Assembly (NCBI GenBank): GCA_003971905.1 | Contig: RSEE01000120.1 | Span: 62,001 to 126,000 of the forward strand | Direction of reading: 5' to 3' | DNA from: Moniliella sp. 'wahieum' | Lineage: Eukaryota | DNA length: 64,000 nucleotides | Part shown: positions 26,277 to 39,470 of the stretch, in pieces | How the letters are laid out: each line of letters begins with the position of its first letter | Numbering within the stretch: the first letter of the stretch is position 1 | Made by a program: the position numbers and the translations under genes | Notes under the pieces: generated by a model | Told to the model about the DNA's origin: nothing | Databases searched by the model: none | The model's input: the letters and a program-made list of their open reading frames with translations, nothing else

Positions 26277-26925
26277 CTAGACCTCTTGCGCCTCCCATGG
26301 CTTCAACCGCTTTGGTAGAACAGCAGCCGTCGGTGGTTCTTCATTGATCTTCCATCGCCAACCCAAGTCAGCAGCTGACGACTCATGCGAGCAGAACAAG
26401 AAGAAGATGAGTAAGACAGGTGCGTACCTTGAGTGGAATGTCGCGGATCCCCGGGATCTCATCTGCCCTTCCTGTACTGATCAATTCAACAATCGCATCA
26501 AACGAGGGGGGGTACCGTTCGCTCTCTGGCGTGGCATTCTCGCCTTGTGACTGAACAAGGGGCTCCTGTGGGGCCTCAAGTGTCGCATCAGGCACGGTGG
26601 AACCGTGAGCCGACTTCCAGTTCAGATAGTCCTCATGCGAAAAGGGTTGGCCAGCCCTGATGGGCGGCAGGATAAGTCAGTGTCTGGCCGTATTCAATGC
26701 AAATGGGAATACACACTTGCTGGAAAAATAAAAGGCCTTGGCCCGGTCAATGGTGTCAGCAATGCCCTGCTCGCTCGCGCCCTGATTACGTTGGGCCTCC
26801 ACAATGCCCGCAATGCCGCCCTGGAATTCGATATCGGCGGCCCAATCGTGGGTGTCGAAGCGGGCGAAGATTGCGTCCATGTCGTCGTTGACACCAGGAT
26901 CAGATCCAAAAGGAGCAGCAGCCAT
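26277..26925 (-). CDS. PEX39: PEX39-like (C6orf226/YJR012C family) KPWE-motif protein, 3 exons
   Basis: DAIFARFDTHDWAADIEFQGGIAGI..IDRAKAFYFS; YPPSFDAIVELISTGRADEIPGIRDIPLK|INEEPPTAAVLPKRLKPWE. Introns 26657..26716 and 26349..26427 (AAG acceptor). Family recognised from the FDxYDW..EFQ.G, SF..IVELI..G..IPGIR and KPWE motifs. Confidence 0.72.
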
Positions 26926-27504
26926 GGTATACGCAACCCTGGAGTTGAACAGATCCCAGACCCCAAGAGTTGGCAAGAGGCAGCAACAGCAACAGCACGC
27001 CGGCTGAGCTGACGATGGGGAGATGGACGGTGCCACCGGGTACACGGGTTTGCTCACCCCGGACAAGAGCATCAGCAAGGCGAAGCGGACGCGACTAATG
27101 GGAGGTGACGTAATCTATTGTCGCTGTGAACGTTCAACTTGAACTTGAACGTTCAGCCCAACTGGCGACCACTGCCAGACCAGCCATCGACACGCCCAAT
27201 ACAGCGACGACGACGGCGGCCCAGCCATCGCAGTGGCTCCTCGTCCGGTCCTGTCCTCGGTCCACGTTCTGCACACCGACGCTGCCCCTGCCCCTCTGTC
27301 TGCTGTCTGCCTCCCACCCTCCTCCTCAGCATGGCCCACCGCGCGCCCGCAATGGGCACCGCCACCCACTCGGCTGCCCAGGCGCCGCTATCGGGTGCCC
27401 AGGCCGGGGCTGCCGACGCTGGCCACCATCACCGCCCGCGTCACCACCACTCTGCCACGCCCCAAGCTGTCGTAGCCGATGCCGGCGCCACGACCCAGGA
27501 CACG

Positions 27505-28616
27505 ATGAGCGTCCTCCTTGCCACGGCCGGGTACGACCAGTACGTATTTTTTTTCCTTGGTTCGCTGGCCCCTGTTGACCATTCTCTTACTCACCCCCCC
27601 TTTTCAGCACCATCCGTTTCTGGGAAGCTTGGAGTGGGCTCTGTTCCCGTACGGTCGCCTATGGTGACTCGGCAGTCAATACGTTGGCCATCAGTCCCAA
27701 CAAGCACTGGCTTGCTGCTGGTGGGTACAACAAGATCCGCGTCTATGATTGCACCACCTCCACTCCGCCTGCTTCGTCGGGGTCGATGGCCAACTCGGGT
27801 CGTCCGGCGGGGGATGCACCTGTGCTCGATTTTCCTGCCCACAATGGGAATGTAACTGCGCTGCTGTGGCAGATGGATGCGCGTTGGCTTGCAAGTGGCT
27901 CGGACGATGGTACGGTCAAGATCTGGGACATCCGCATGCCGGCTCACAAGCCTACCCGCTCGTACCCGCACCCCCAAGGGGGGGTGAATGATTTGGCGGT
28001 CAATCCCAACCAAGGTGAGATCGTGGCCTGCGACCAAGCTGGCTCAGTCAAGATCTGGGATTTGGCCCAGGATAACTGCACGCACGACATCTGGCCCTCT
28101 TACGACCCCTGTGTTCCCATTCGTTCCGTTTCTGTCGCCCTCGATGGCACCTATCTCTGTGCCGGCGATGAGAGGGGAAGTGTCTATGTGTGGACTCTGA
28201 CCCATCGCGATCCCATCTCGCCCGGGGCAGAATCGGAGCTGGACCTGGGCGAGATGCAAGCCGAGGATGAGTTCCAGTTACAAGCTGCCAGTCAATTCCG
28301 TGCCCATTCCCAGACGGAGTTTTTGACAAAGTGTCGGATCAGCCCCGATTCCAACTGGTTGGCCACTACCTCCTCGTCGGACAAGACAATCAAAATTTGG
28401 AAGCGCGGGAAAGACTTTAAGTTCACCATCGACAAAGTCCTGGAGGGACATCAACGATGGGTATGGGACGCTGCTTTTAGCGCCGACTCGGCCTACTTGG
28501 TAAGCGCTAGTTCGGACAACACGGCCCGGCTCTGGGAATTGGCCTCGGGTACTACTGTGCGCCAGTACACTGCCCATCGCGCTCTGGTGGCCGTCAGTCT
28601 TAACGACCACCGTTGA
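27505..28616 (+). CDS. LST8: TOR complex subunit LST8 (WD40); possible upstream start at 27331
   Basis: MSVLLATAGYDH|TIRFWEAWSGLCSRT (intron 27540..27607), HNGNVTAL..WLASGSDDGTVKIWDIR, NPNQGEIVACDQAGSVKIWDL, LEGHQRWVWDAAFSADSAYLVSASSD. Confidence 0.95.
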
Positions 28617-29768
28617 TCTCATCGAAGAGGTGTGTTTTATCTTAATCTTAAGTTCGTGCCGAATCCTTGTTGCTTTTCTTTAAGGCCTAGGAAAGTCATC
28701 ATCGCATCATCTCCATGGACCTTGCGGTGAAGATATGGGTCGAGGGTTGGCATAGATGCTGCAGGCGCCACAGCTCGATGGTTTTGGATTGGTACATGAG
28801 ATGCGTATAATGTGTATCTATGTGGCACAAGGGACCTTTAAATGAGTCCACTGCAGAGAGAGGCTGCGCTGGATGCCCTTGGGAACAGAACCGGCAAGTG
28901 TAGCTAGATCTAGAGTTGTAATATGCCATCTCTTTTCGTCCCCCTCCCGGCCATAACAAACGATACAAAGGCGAAGAAGGTACTCTGCTTTTCTGGCTGG
29001 CTCCCAGTCATGAAAAGCGAGGCAACTGTGATCGATGCCTCCCTCCTTCGCTTCACGTTTGAGGTCAACCAAAAAAACTGTAGAGAACAGAGGCCGGGAC
29101 AAGGACAAAGTCACGCGCACTCATCCCACTTGGCGTGCTTGGCTCGATCGCCCCCCCCCCCACAACGTGAAGTCAACGGAGGGCGCGTCGCGATTGGTTA
29201 AAGTGGGAACGAGAGGACTTTGGTTTTGCAGTGGAGGTATGGCTGGTGGGAACGGGGAGTACTTTCTGGGGTATATACACCAACTAGGAGGCTAAAATGT
29301 TTTGAAGGCATGCCGCCGCGTTCAGCGTTTATATAGGCTGGACTCACGAGTTTGTTCCATGTTGGCCCGGATGACCGAGAACGTGTATTGCTTGCAGAGC
29401 TCCTTCAGACAGCAATAACAACCCGCCAGTGTTCATCTAACCGCTTAAGTGTATATTTACGAAAGGCACAATGTTCCGTGTATGGGTGGAGAAGGCATGA
29501 AGTTACTCATCAGCTTAGTTGAAAAGCGTACAAATACAGGTGAATGCGACGGATATATGTGGCACCGAGAGTGGGGGAGAGGGAGCTAGCAGATGACCAT
29601 GGCACAGTTAACTGAATACGCATGGGTGCGCTTGTGCAGACAGGGGGCAGGCCCAGTGTTGAAAGAGCGGGGGTGTCCAGTTGAAAGGACAGACGGCGAA
29701 CACAACTAGGGAGCAGGAGCTAGGTCTTCGGATCATAAGAGGTCCTCAAACCCAAGTCCAGCGGTCGC

Positions 29769-31075
<1,307 letters not shown>

Positions 31076-31819
31076 GGCTGTAGTGGGCTGGTAGAGAGAC
31101 GGCGCAGCGGGGGGTGGGGAGGGACTGAGAAATGGGGCGCATGGCGGGCGGCATAAATACGCGGCCGATAGGCTCCCACCCAGCCGGTTTGCCGCAAGAA
31201 GAAAAATTGTGCGGCCCCACGGAGGGCACGGGGGCAGTCGGGCGCGCATGGGTGGGATGCCCCGCGGCCAAGCGCTTGCGCCACACTGGCGCCGTGCTGC
31301 GTCGCCCACACGGGCACAATGCACGCCGGTGTGAATCAGCGCATGGGGGCCCCAGCGCATTCTAATTGGGCAACACGGTGCGATGTTATCTATGTTGCAA
31401 ATTGCATCCTAGGTCCCCACCGGCGGCGGGGTCATTTTTGGGTGCTCGCACGGCCAGCGGCAATTCCACACCCTACCGTGCCCGACCCAACACCACCCAT
31501 CGTCCCATAGCTTGCTTCGACACTGGCCTCGACGCCTGGCTGCGCGCTCGCCACTGTCCAGCAGTTTGACTGTGTACTGGTGGCAGCCCGCCACGTAGTC
31601 TTGGATGGAAGCGGGGCAACCCCACCTTCCCCGCGACACTCACGTCGTTCTCTCCCAGGAACCTTACTAACCTATCGCTTCACTTTGACCAAGGCAATGA
31701 ACAGAAGAAACGTAATGTCATTGTGACAACACAGCAAAACTGTGTGGCCCTCTGCCTTTTCAGCCCAATACGCGTACAGAGGATGGGTGCACAAGACGAT
31801 TGAGTCTTGCCCATAACAC

Positions 31820-33993
31820 CTACGGGCCCGCGGGCCGGTCTTTGTTCCTCCATCCCTTGAGAGGCGACGACAGATCTTGATCTTCGCTGGCGAGAGGGTC
31901 ACCCATGCTCAAGCTGCCTACGCCACCAACATTACCAAGGGGTCCAAAAACCGCAAGCGGGCGCAATGCGCGTTCGTTCCCACCCTTCTCAGTACTGTGA
32001 GATCCGTTCGAGCTGCCACTGCCAAATAGGAAAGGATTGGCTCCAAGTTTGGACCCAAAAACAGTGTCGTCCTTGAGTGCCTGGACGGCCAATTGGTTGG
32101 ATGACCCGGCGGAGCAGGAAGAGAGGGCATTGGCACTTCCGGGGGTAGGATTCGCTCGCCCTTGTGTGGAAGCGCCAGGTCCCATGCGGACTGGTGGTTC
32201 AGGGTGAACCGAACCATAACCACCGTCCGACTCTTCTGATTCGTCGCTATCTTCGTCTGAATCCGAATCCGAGTCCTCTGTTGGCTGTGAAGGAGCAGGG
32301 GGAGCAAGTGTCAATGCTGCGAAACGTGAGAGTGGTCCGGCGGCGGCGGCGGACGCGGGTGGAGCTGTAAGGCCCAGGTTCTCTCCCCGATCCAGCAGAC
32401 GACGCGAACTGGGTGGCTGCTCATCCAATCCGCCTGCCATAGAGATCATCTCGTCTTGAATAGGTATCTGGTGGCCATGACTTGATGAAAGCAACGCGGT
32501 ACGAGCTGGAACAGATGGATATGCCGTAACTCTGGGGGGTGTAGGCAAATCGCTGCCACGAGAGTGTTCCCGTCGGGTAGGAATACTTGCGTCATCGGGC
32601 CTTTCTGATGGAGGTCCTGATGTATCCCTTATCTTATCCACATAACCTTCTTGAGCCAGATTGCGTGACTGGCTTGGGGGGTTTCCTTGGCCAAGACATA
32701 CTCGGCGTGGCGGCGAGCGATAAGTTCATCGGCTGAAGGGCCGCCCCGCTCGACCGAGCGCAATAGATCGTCAACCACTAGCCTTGCGGCTTCCTTGGCA
32801 GGCGTCTTGAGCCACTTAGACCGAGGAATAGAGAATTGCATCATGACTGGCGGCGAGGTTGACTTGCGCTCCACTCGGACAGGGGAGAAACCGGCATTGC
32901 CAGTATTGCGAGCAGGAGTGATGCGCAGATCCGCAATGCCATTCCACAGACCTTCCGCCTCATTGAACGGAGCAGGGGCACGAGGGGTTCTCTTTGCGGT
33001 GCATACATCTTATTGGGGAACCAGCGACATCGGTAAAGGGGGTGATGGTTTGTCTTGCCTCCCCCTCCCCAGCCATAGGTGTAGCGACAACCTTAGCACC
33101 AAATCGGTTACGGGTCATGTGGGCTGCCGCAGCTGCAGCTAGAGATGCACGGCGCTTGTTCATTGCACTTGTGTCGAGTGACTCTCGAGTAACTTGAGGA
33201 GGAGTCGCCATATCCTGAAGGACTTTACCCGCACCAACCCTAGAATGGGGAACGACTCGAGGTATTGAGAAACTAGAGTCAATCATGGGGCCAGGGATGC
33301 TCGACTCTGTATCAATAGGAGAAAGAACCTCCTTCCTGCTCTCCCATGCGGCAAGATGCTTTTCCAGACCCCGCTTCGCCTTGGCGAATGGCGACCCAGA
33401 GGTGAAGATGGAGACTGAGCCATCCTGTGGCTGGACATCTGCCAGTAAATCTTCCTTTCTCTGGTCTGCCTTGCGAGTCGGTCTAGTAGGAGTAATGCGA
33501 GGTCCAGGGACTTCATCCTTCAATGCCCCGAGAGATGGACGTGGAGGGGAGCGATGCAGCTCAGCGGGTGATGAAGCCAGGTGGGGTTTATCCAACGGGC
33601 CGCTGCGCTGAGGTTGATCTAGGTCACGAAGAAGGTCTCGTGGTTCTGCGATATTCGAAAGATCGCCCTGAGGATCGAAAGATATACTACAGAGCTGCTC
33701 GGTGGCAGCACTGCCTGACGCATCCACCTGGGAATTCTTCATTCATCGTCAGGTTGAGTGAGATGAACCTGAGCGGCCGTTTCAAAGAACATGCGCCAAA
33801 ACTTGGATGCCTCGCTAATCTTAAGACTCTGTTCGCCATACCGCCTGATCTTGGGCAGAATCCTACCTTGAATCGTCTCGTGGGCATGGGCAAAGTGGGC
33901 ATCAATGCGTTGAAGAGTGAGGGTGATTTGCTGGTCGACTTGAAGGATCGCCTCGTTAATGGGGATGTCAGGGGGCGGGCGTGGGTGTGACAT
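31820..33993 (-). CDS. ASK1: DASH/Dam1 kinetochore complex subunit Ask1 with a long disordered C-terminus, frameshifted
   Basis: N-terminal Ask1 domain (PINEAILQVDQQITLTLQRIDAHFAHAHETIQGRILPKIRRY..ISEASKFWRMFFETAA) and later SPPVMMQFSIPRSKWLKTPAKEAARLVVDDLL, typical of fungal Ask1. Confidence 0.87.
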
Positions 33994-34262
33994 AATGAGG
34001 ACAAAATGGAAATGGTGGTGCGGTGTCAGAGATAATAGCTGGTGTGATAATGTGCCGCTCGGCAGGCTGTCAACAATATAGCCGACAAGATGACGGTGTG
34101 GAGCAGCGCGTGTGGATCTACCCGTCGCGTATTCAATGCCAACACAAATATTCAACATTTAAATCGACTAGAAGACCACCGGGCCTACGGCCCGGTCAGC
34201 TGGGGCTTCGCCCCAGCTTGATGCTTGGTGCACCGTCGCCATCTTAGCCACCGGGTCCGCCT

Positions 34263-34375
34263 TCGCCACCGTAGCCACCGGTCCACCGTTCCACGCTGGA
34301 GGGTGCTTGGTCGCCACCTTAGCCACCGTTCCCCCGTCGCCACCGTAGCCACCGGTCCACCGTTCCACGCTGGAG
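34263..34375. repeat. 39-bp exact direct repeat inside the Helitron body (34263..34301 and 34337..34375)
   Basis: tcgccaccgtagccaccggtccaccgttccacgctggag occurs twice with a 74-bp period. Confidence 0.9.
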
Positions 34376-34422
34376 AGCGGAATAGTATTCACCACTACGC
34401 CTCGGGCGGAATTTTATCACCC

Positions 34423-35061
34423 ATGTGCATCCGCCTGGCTGCGCCCGCCTGGAACGCGCCGGGTGAAACGTGCCAGGTGGCATGCTTGTGTAATTTTACG
34501 TAAAGTAAAAAGGGGGTCTGCGAGATATAAGAAGGGAGATGTGCATCCGCCTGGCTGCGCCCGCCTGGAACGCGCCGGGTGAAACGTGCCAGGTGGCATG
34601 CTTGTGTAATTTTACGTAAAGTAAAAAGGGGGTCTGCGATATAAGAAGGGAGATGTGCATCCGCCTGGCTGCGCCCGCCTGGAACGCGCCGGGTGAAACG
34701 TGCCAGGTGGCATGCTTGTGTAATTTTACGTAAAGTAAAAAGGGGGTCTGCGATATAAGAAGGGAGACGTGCCAGGTGGCATGCTTGTGTAATTTTACGT
34801 AAAGTAAAAAGGGGGTCTGCGATATAAGAAGGGAGATGTGCATCCGCCTGGCTGCGCCCGCCTGGAACGCGCCGGGTGAAACGTGCCAGGTGGCATGCTT
34901 GTGTAATTTTACGTAAAGTAAAAAGGGGGTCTGCGATATAAGAAGGGAGATGTGCATCCGCCTGGCTGCGCCCGCCTGGAAGCCGGGTGAAACGTGCCAG
35001 GTGGCATGCTTGTGTAATTTTACGTAAAGTAAAAAGGGGGTCTGCGATATAAGAAGGGAGA
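34423..35061. repeat. Tandem array of a 114-bp unit (5 near-full copies plus one 69-bp truncated copy)
   Basis: Unit atgtgcatccgcctgg...tttacgtaaagtaaaaagggggtctgcgatataagaagggag starts at 34423, 34539, 34653, (34767 partial), 34836 and 34950. Copies are near-identical with no spacers. Confidence 0.95.
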
Positions 35062-36495
35062 TTCGCCTCCCAGTAGTTCTTCCGCTCCTGTTCCGCCCTA
35101 TGAGGATAGCTTGGGGGTAGCTTTGAAGGGGACAATGTGAAATGGGCTATACTTCTGCCGCCTATTTTTTTGTCCTTGACAACAGATACGCCAGCTCCCT
35201 GCCTCTTGAAATGCCATCGGCTCTGTGCAGTTCATCAGGCTCGTCTCCACCCCAGCGTCTGTTTAAGGAGGGGGATTGCTTTGGATGCCGGTATAGACCA
35301 GAGGGAAAGGAGAAGCAATCACACGGTACATCAACCCATGAGAGGGAGAGACACACGAAGGGGTGAAGGAATATCTAAAACTTGGTCATACGCACAGCCG
35401 GTGGGTATATCTGTGTGTGAGCCGTCACTGTTTCTTGAAGGTGCGACCAAATCTTCTTTGTATAACGCGCTAGAGTGATACCTGGGACCTGCGATGACAT
35501 TCATTTTTGCCGTGAATAAACACAAATGTCTTCCTCGCGGCCACACACACCAGCTGGGCTTTTTAGAATCATCATACCTTGAGGAGATGTTTCTCGAGCT
35601 CTCGCAAACATAATAGCTCGCGTCGCGACTGGCGAAAAGGTTAGTCCTGGTTTTAGCTACCTATGGAATACATGCCCTCCACTGGAGAGACAACGCACTT
35701 TACCAACATTTCCCTGAAAGGAACGAAGCCATTGGACACACAGAGTTTAAACGAAAACACAACAAAAAGTGTTTTTATCTGAGGAAATGCTGACACGTCT
35801 TCTCTTGATCGTTGAGCCGCGGGGAAGGCGACATTGTGCTCACACAGCCACAGATGTGTCTGCAGTTTTTCTCCTTTCTTGTGCGAGATGATTATAAGCT
35901 CACCGCCGTTGGTTCAAAACAGTCCCAGCGGCACCTCTCCAACACAACAAGCCCTGTCTATTGCATCATCTTTCTATGCCATCGCCTCTTGGGATAACAT
36001 CTCACACCCATTTTTCGCGGGGTTTAGGCCTGTGGCTTCGTGACGATAGAAAGAATTTAGTGAATACCACACGCTGTACTACAATATAAGCCGTGACTTG
36101 TCTGGCAGTAGCAGCACGGACGACGTTCTATCCGCTGGGTTATAGTTGAGATGGACCGCAATGGAGCATAAAAGGTAGGACCGTAAGCGGATTCAGATTG
36201 GTGATAGGGAATATAATGGAGGTGAAGCTTCAACTTGAAGGAAGAGTGAGAGAGAGACCAGTGAGGAATAGTAAACATGGCTCTGTAGCCACGAGGGGAA
36301 GTTTCCGGTTCCCTCTCATCTTCAGCTTCATCCATGCCCCTATCTGGCTCACCTTCCTCTGGTTGTGGGCTGTACTATTCGCATGGTTTTTGTTGACGCT
36401 ATAACGCGGAGCGTGTAACGAGCTGTACCACCCGGTAAAGTATCCCCCCCCCCAACAAAACGCAGCCTAGAGCTTACTCAGGCTTTTACCCTTTT

Positions 36496-38920
36496 TTGAA
36501 GCTTGAAGCTCGACGCTTGAAGCTCGAAGCTCGAAGAGCTTGAAGCTGCTCCAACGCTGGAAGGCTTGGCGACATAGAACGTGGAACGCTGAGTGGCGTC
36601 ACACGCGTCACACGCTCTGCTACAGACCAACCGTGAGTCGTACTGTGGGTAGAGCTCCAGTGCCCAGTGCGTGCCTGTACGTGCCCATGGCAGTGCTCAG
36701 TGGCTCAGTGGCTCAGTGGCTCAGTACTTCAGTACTCTTCATGTACTCATTCAGCATTGAGAAGATGGAGAGTATAGGCACATGTCCGCATGCATCTGCC
36801 CCCTAACAAGAACAATCGGACGAAGTATTCCTGTGTACTAAAACCTCTCACCCGCTCCATCCTCTATATTCACTTGCAACCCAGAGTGGAGACGCAGAGC
36901 GGCGCTGGAATAGTTGGGAAGAGGGTGTTCCGACGATCCTGAGACTGAGATCTGAGAGGTGGGCTTGAAACTCTTGAGGCTCGATACTTGCTTCGACCCA
37001 CGGGCGCGCGGGCTCTCACACGCATCCGGCAACGGGCACTCTGAGGCTCAGGCCTGAGGCAGCTGTGGCCCTGTGGCCCTGTGGCCCTGTGGCCCTGTGG
37101 CCCTGTGGCCCTGTGGCCCTGTGGCCCTGTGGCCCTGTGGCCCTGTGGCCCTGGGCCCTGTGGCCCTGTGAGACAGTGAGGCCAGAGGGCCGCCTGGACC
37201 TGACCCGCTCCAGCCTGAACAACAAACTCGCGCCTTCGAGACTTCATCAATCATCGATCATCGATCATCTCCTGCAGGGGATCTCAGATCGACTCAGACC
37301 TCAGACGGGGGGTCCGGCTATAGGAAGAAACCGGGACATGGGAAGAAGATGGAGTAGGTGAAAACGGAGGCATGTCCCTCTCTCCACCGAGTATTTCAGG
37401 GCCAGGAACCAACATCGTGAACCGCGTGAACTGTGTGGGCGCCATGTATCCTGGGCCATCACTGCCCCAGACCTGAGCCTGAGCAGCCGGAAGGGGGGAG
37501 GCCGGGGAGGGTCCTCAGTGAGGCCTCAGGGACTGACCTCAAGTGTTGCGACCTGCGGGAGGGGGCGGCAGGGACGCAGGACGGCTGGGGACGTCGTGGA
37601 TCGTGCAGGAGGGTTGCTGTTGCAATGTAAAATTCCGAGTCACAGCGCGTGCCCTGTGCCATGCGACGCGTGACGTGACGCGTGAAGCGCAAAGATACCG
37701 ACGGTGATACAATGCGATGCATGTGAAGATGGCGTGCCGATGGTGTGGGGGCAGTGCCAGCACTATTGCAATAGTCATGCTCATGCATCATGCTCCCAGC
37801 ACGTGAGGAGTGACGCGTGGCATCACGCATCATGTAACACGCAACGCGGTTACCGGTTACCGGTGACCGGTGGCGCGTTCCGCATTTACGCGTTACGCGT
37901 TACGGGCCATGTCGTGGCTGACGAAGCGCAGAACGCAGTACGCCTCCGTACTCAGTTGGGTCCGTTGAACGTGTTGAACGTTGAGTACATTGAGTTTAGT
38001 AGTACTCGAGTACTCCCTAGTCCTCAGGCCTCACTTGATAAATGTCGAATTACTAGGTACTGAAGTACTGAGTTACTAGTTACTAGTTGGTGAAGCTTCA
38101 AGTACTGAGTGTACTGAGTTACTCGGAGTACTCTACTGAGGTTCTGAAGTCCCTAAAACAATCACCAGCGTTGTCACGTGTCACAATCACGAGTGCCCAG
38201 GAGTCACGCTGTGTTAGTGCCAGGGAGTGTTGTGACATGTGACATGTGAATGTGATGCATACGAGGCTGAGGCTGAGCCTGCCGGTGTTAGGAGCGCGAG
38301 GGCTGAATACGCTGTGCCCAGGCTCGGGGCTCAGGCGCTCAGGCTCAGCGCAGTGCGAGTGGCAGAACGAGGTGCGTGAGTTAAACCTTACGCGTTAACT
38401 AACACCCTGTAGCGTCGATCGCCGTAGCGGCGAGCAGTGGCGGAGCCCGCCCACTAGCACTGCCCATTCTCGCGTAGTTGGACGGGCTATCATGCATCGG
38501 TGAAGCGTGAGGACCATCGATCATCGACCGTTCATTGCCAGGACATGGCGTGGATGGATACGATCGTGGATGGATCGATGGCATATGGACCCCGTTCCAC
38601 CCCGATCCATCTGCGCAGGGCGAGCGGCTGAGCGCAAGGGAACAATGAAATGAGCTGTCCATTGATCGTCGGTGGTGCATAGTGATGCTGAAGCTGGAAG
38701 AGTGCAATTCAATGTGGGCACATGGAAGATTGACACGTAGGCGGCTGGGCAAGGGTGTGTGGGCTGGGATGGCGACTGCTCGGAAGTGAGTTCGCAACAA
38801 CAAAGGGCTTCTGTCTTCCCTAGGGCATCAGTGCATCAGCCATGAAATATTAGCCATCGCTGAGGCTCATCGGCTCAGCGCTCCGCTCATCCGAAGCAGC
38901 GGCTAGTGACTGTCACTAGG
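36496..38920. repeat. Dense cluster of heptamer-palindrome islands (AAGCTT, AGGCCT, ATCGAT, ACGCGT, ATGCAT, ACCGGT, AACGTT, AGTACT, ACTAGT, ACATGT cores)
   Basis: Examples: 37251 tcatcgatcatcgatcat; 37847 cggttaccggttaccggtgaccggt; 37886 ttacgcgttacgcgtta; 38073 ttactagttactagtt; 38091 tgaagcttca; 38231 tgtgacatgtgacatgtga. Confidence 0.85.
37063..37170. repeat. 8-bp microsatellite (CTGTGGCC)n, about 13 units
   Basis: Read directly; one unit lacks a T. Confidence 0.95.
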
Positions 38921-39470
38921 ACCATCCTAACCAACAAAGCCGCCGCCACAGAGCTCCAGGACCCGTTCCCATCCCATCCCATCTCCCATCCCATCTCCCT
39001 CCCATCCATCCATCCCATCCATCCCCATCTCCCATCTCCCGCCCCGTCGCGTCTCCCCCGTCGGCCTTGCTTGGCTCTGCGCTGCCCCCGCACCAGCGGC
39101 ATTGATTGCTCGCTCTCTCCCCCTCCCCCCCCTCTGGTGCCTGTGCCACCCCCTGCCCTGCCAGCAAGCAGACATGCTGTGCGCCCCCCCTGCTCTCTCA
39201 CGCCTTGCCCTGCTGACCCTTCCTCTCCTCTCCCTCGCAGCAGCGACGCATCCTCGTCTGTGCCACCACCACCCCACCCTCCCCTCCCCTTCTCGTCCCT
39301 CGCCGAATGCCTCCCGGCGACGCTGACGAAGAGGAGCCCACCGCCACCACCAGCTTCGACTCCCACCCACCCTTCCGCCAAGCCCAGCACCCCTGCTTCT
39401 GCGCCCCCTCCCCCGCTCCCCTCTGCCCCTGCGCCGCCCCTCCCCTGCTCCCCTGCTGCGCCTGCTGCCC

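Larger units (their letters stand above)
34168..35061 (-). mobile_element. Non-autonomous Helitron-like element (894 bp) with reiterated 5' termini
   Basis: Minus strand: flanking A(35062)|5'-TCTCCCTTCTTATATC...; the 3' end has GC-rich hairpins at 34198..34218 and 34178..34196, then 6 nt and CTAG (34171..34168)|T(34167). AT target, no TSD, no RepHel ORF. Confidence 0.75.

Noticed and set aside
34423..35061. CRISPR array
   Set aside because: Units are contiguous and near-identical with no unique spacers, there are no cas genes, and the context is eukaryotic.
34395..35135. 246-aa repeat ORF (LPSYIADPLFTLRKITQACHLARFTRRVPGGRSQADAH)n as a Kex2-processed repeat protein or RiPP precursor
   Set aside because: It has RK/RR pairs and in-frame unit lengths, but no signal peptide, no synonymous variation between units and no tailoring genes (e.g. 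DUF3328) nearby. A second frame is also open, and the array is better explained as reiterated Helitron 5' ends.
36870..37361. ORFs with GPQGHRAT or ALWPCGPV repeats
   Set aside because: They are translations of the (CTGTGGCC)n microsatellite, open in several frames.
37660..38400. Cloning-vector polylinker contamination (many HindIII, MluI, AgeI, SpeI, ScaI, ClaI sites)
   Set aside because: The sites occur as degenerate tandem heptamers in most intergenic regions of the window and no vector backbone is present. Almost any 6-bp palindrome matches a restriction site.
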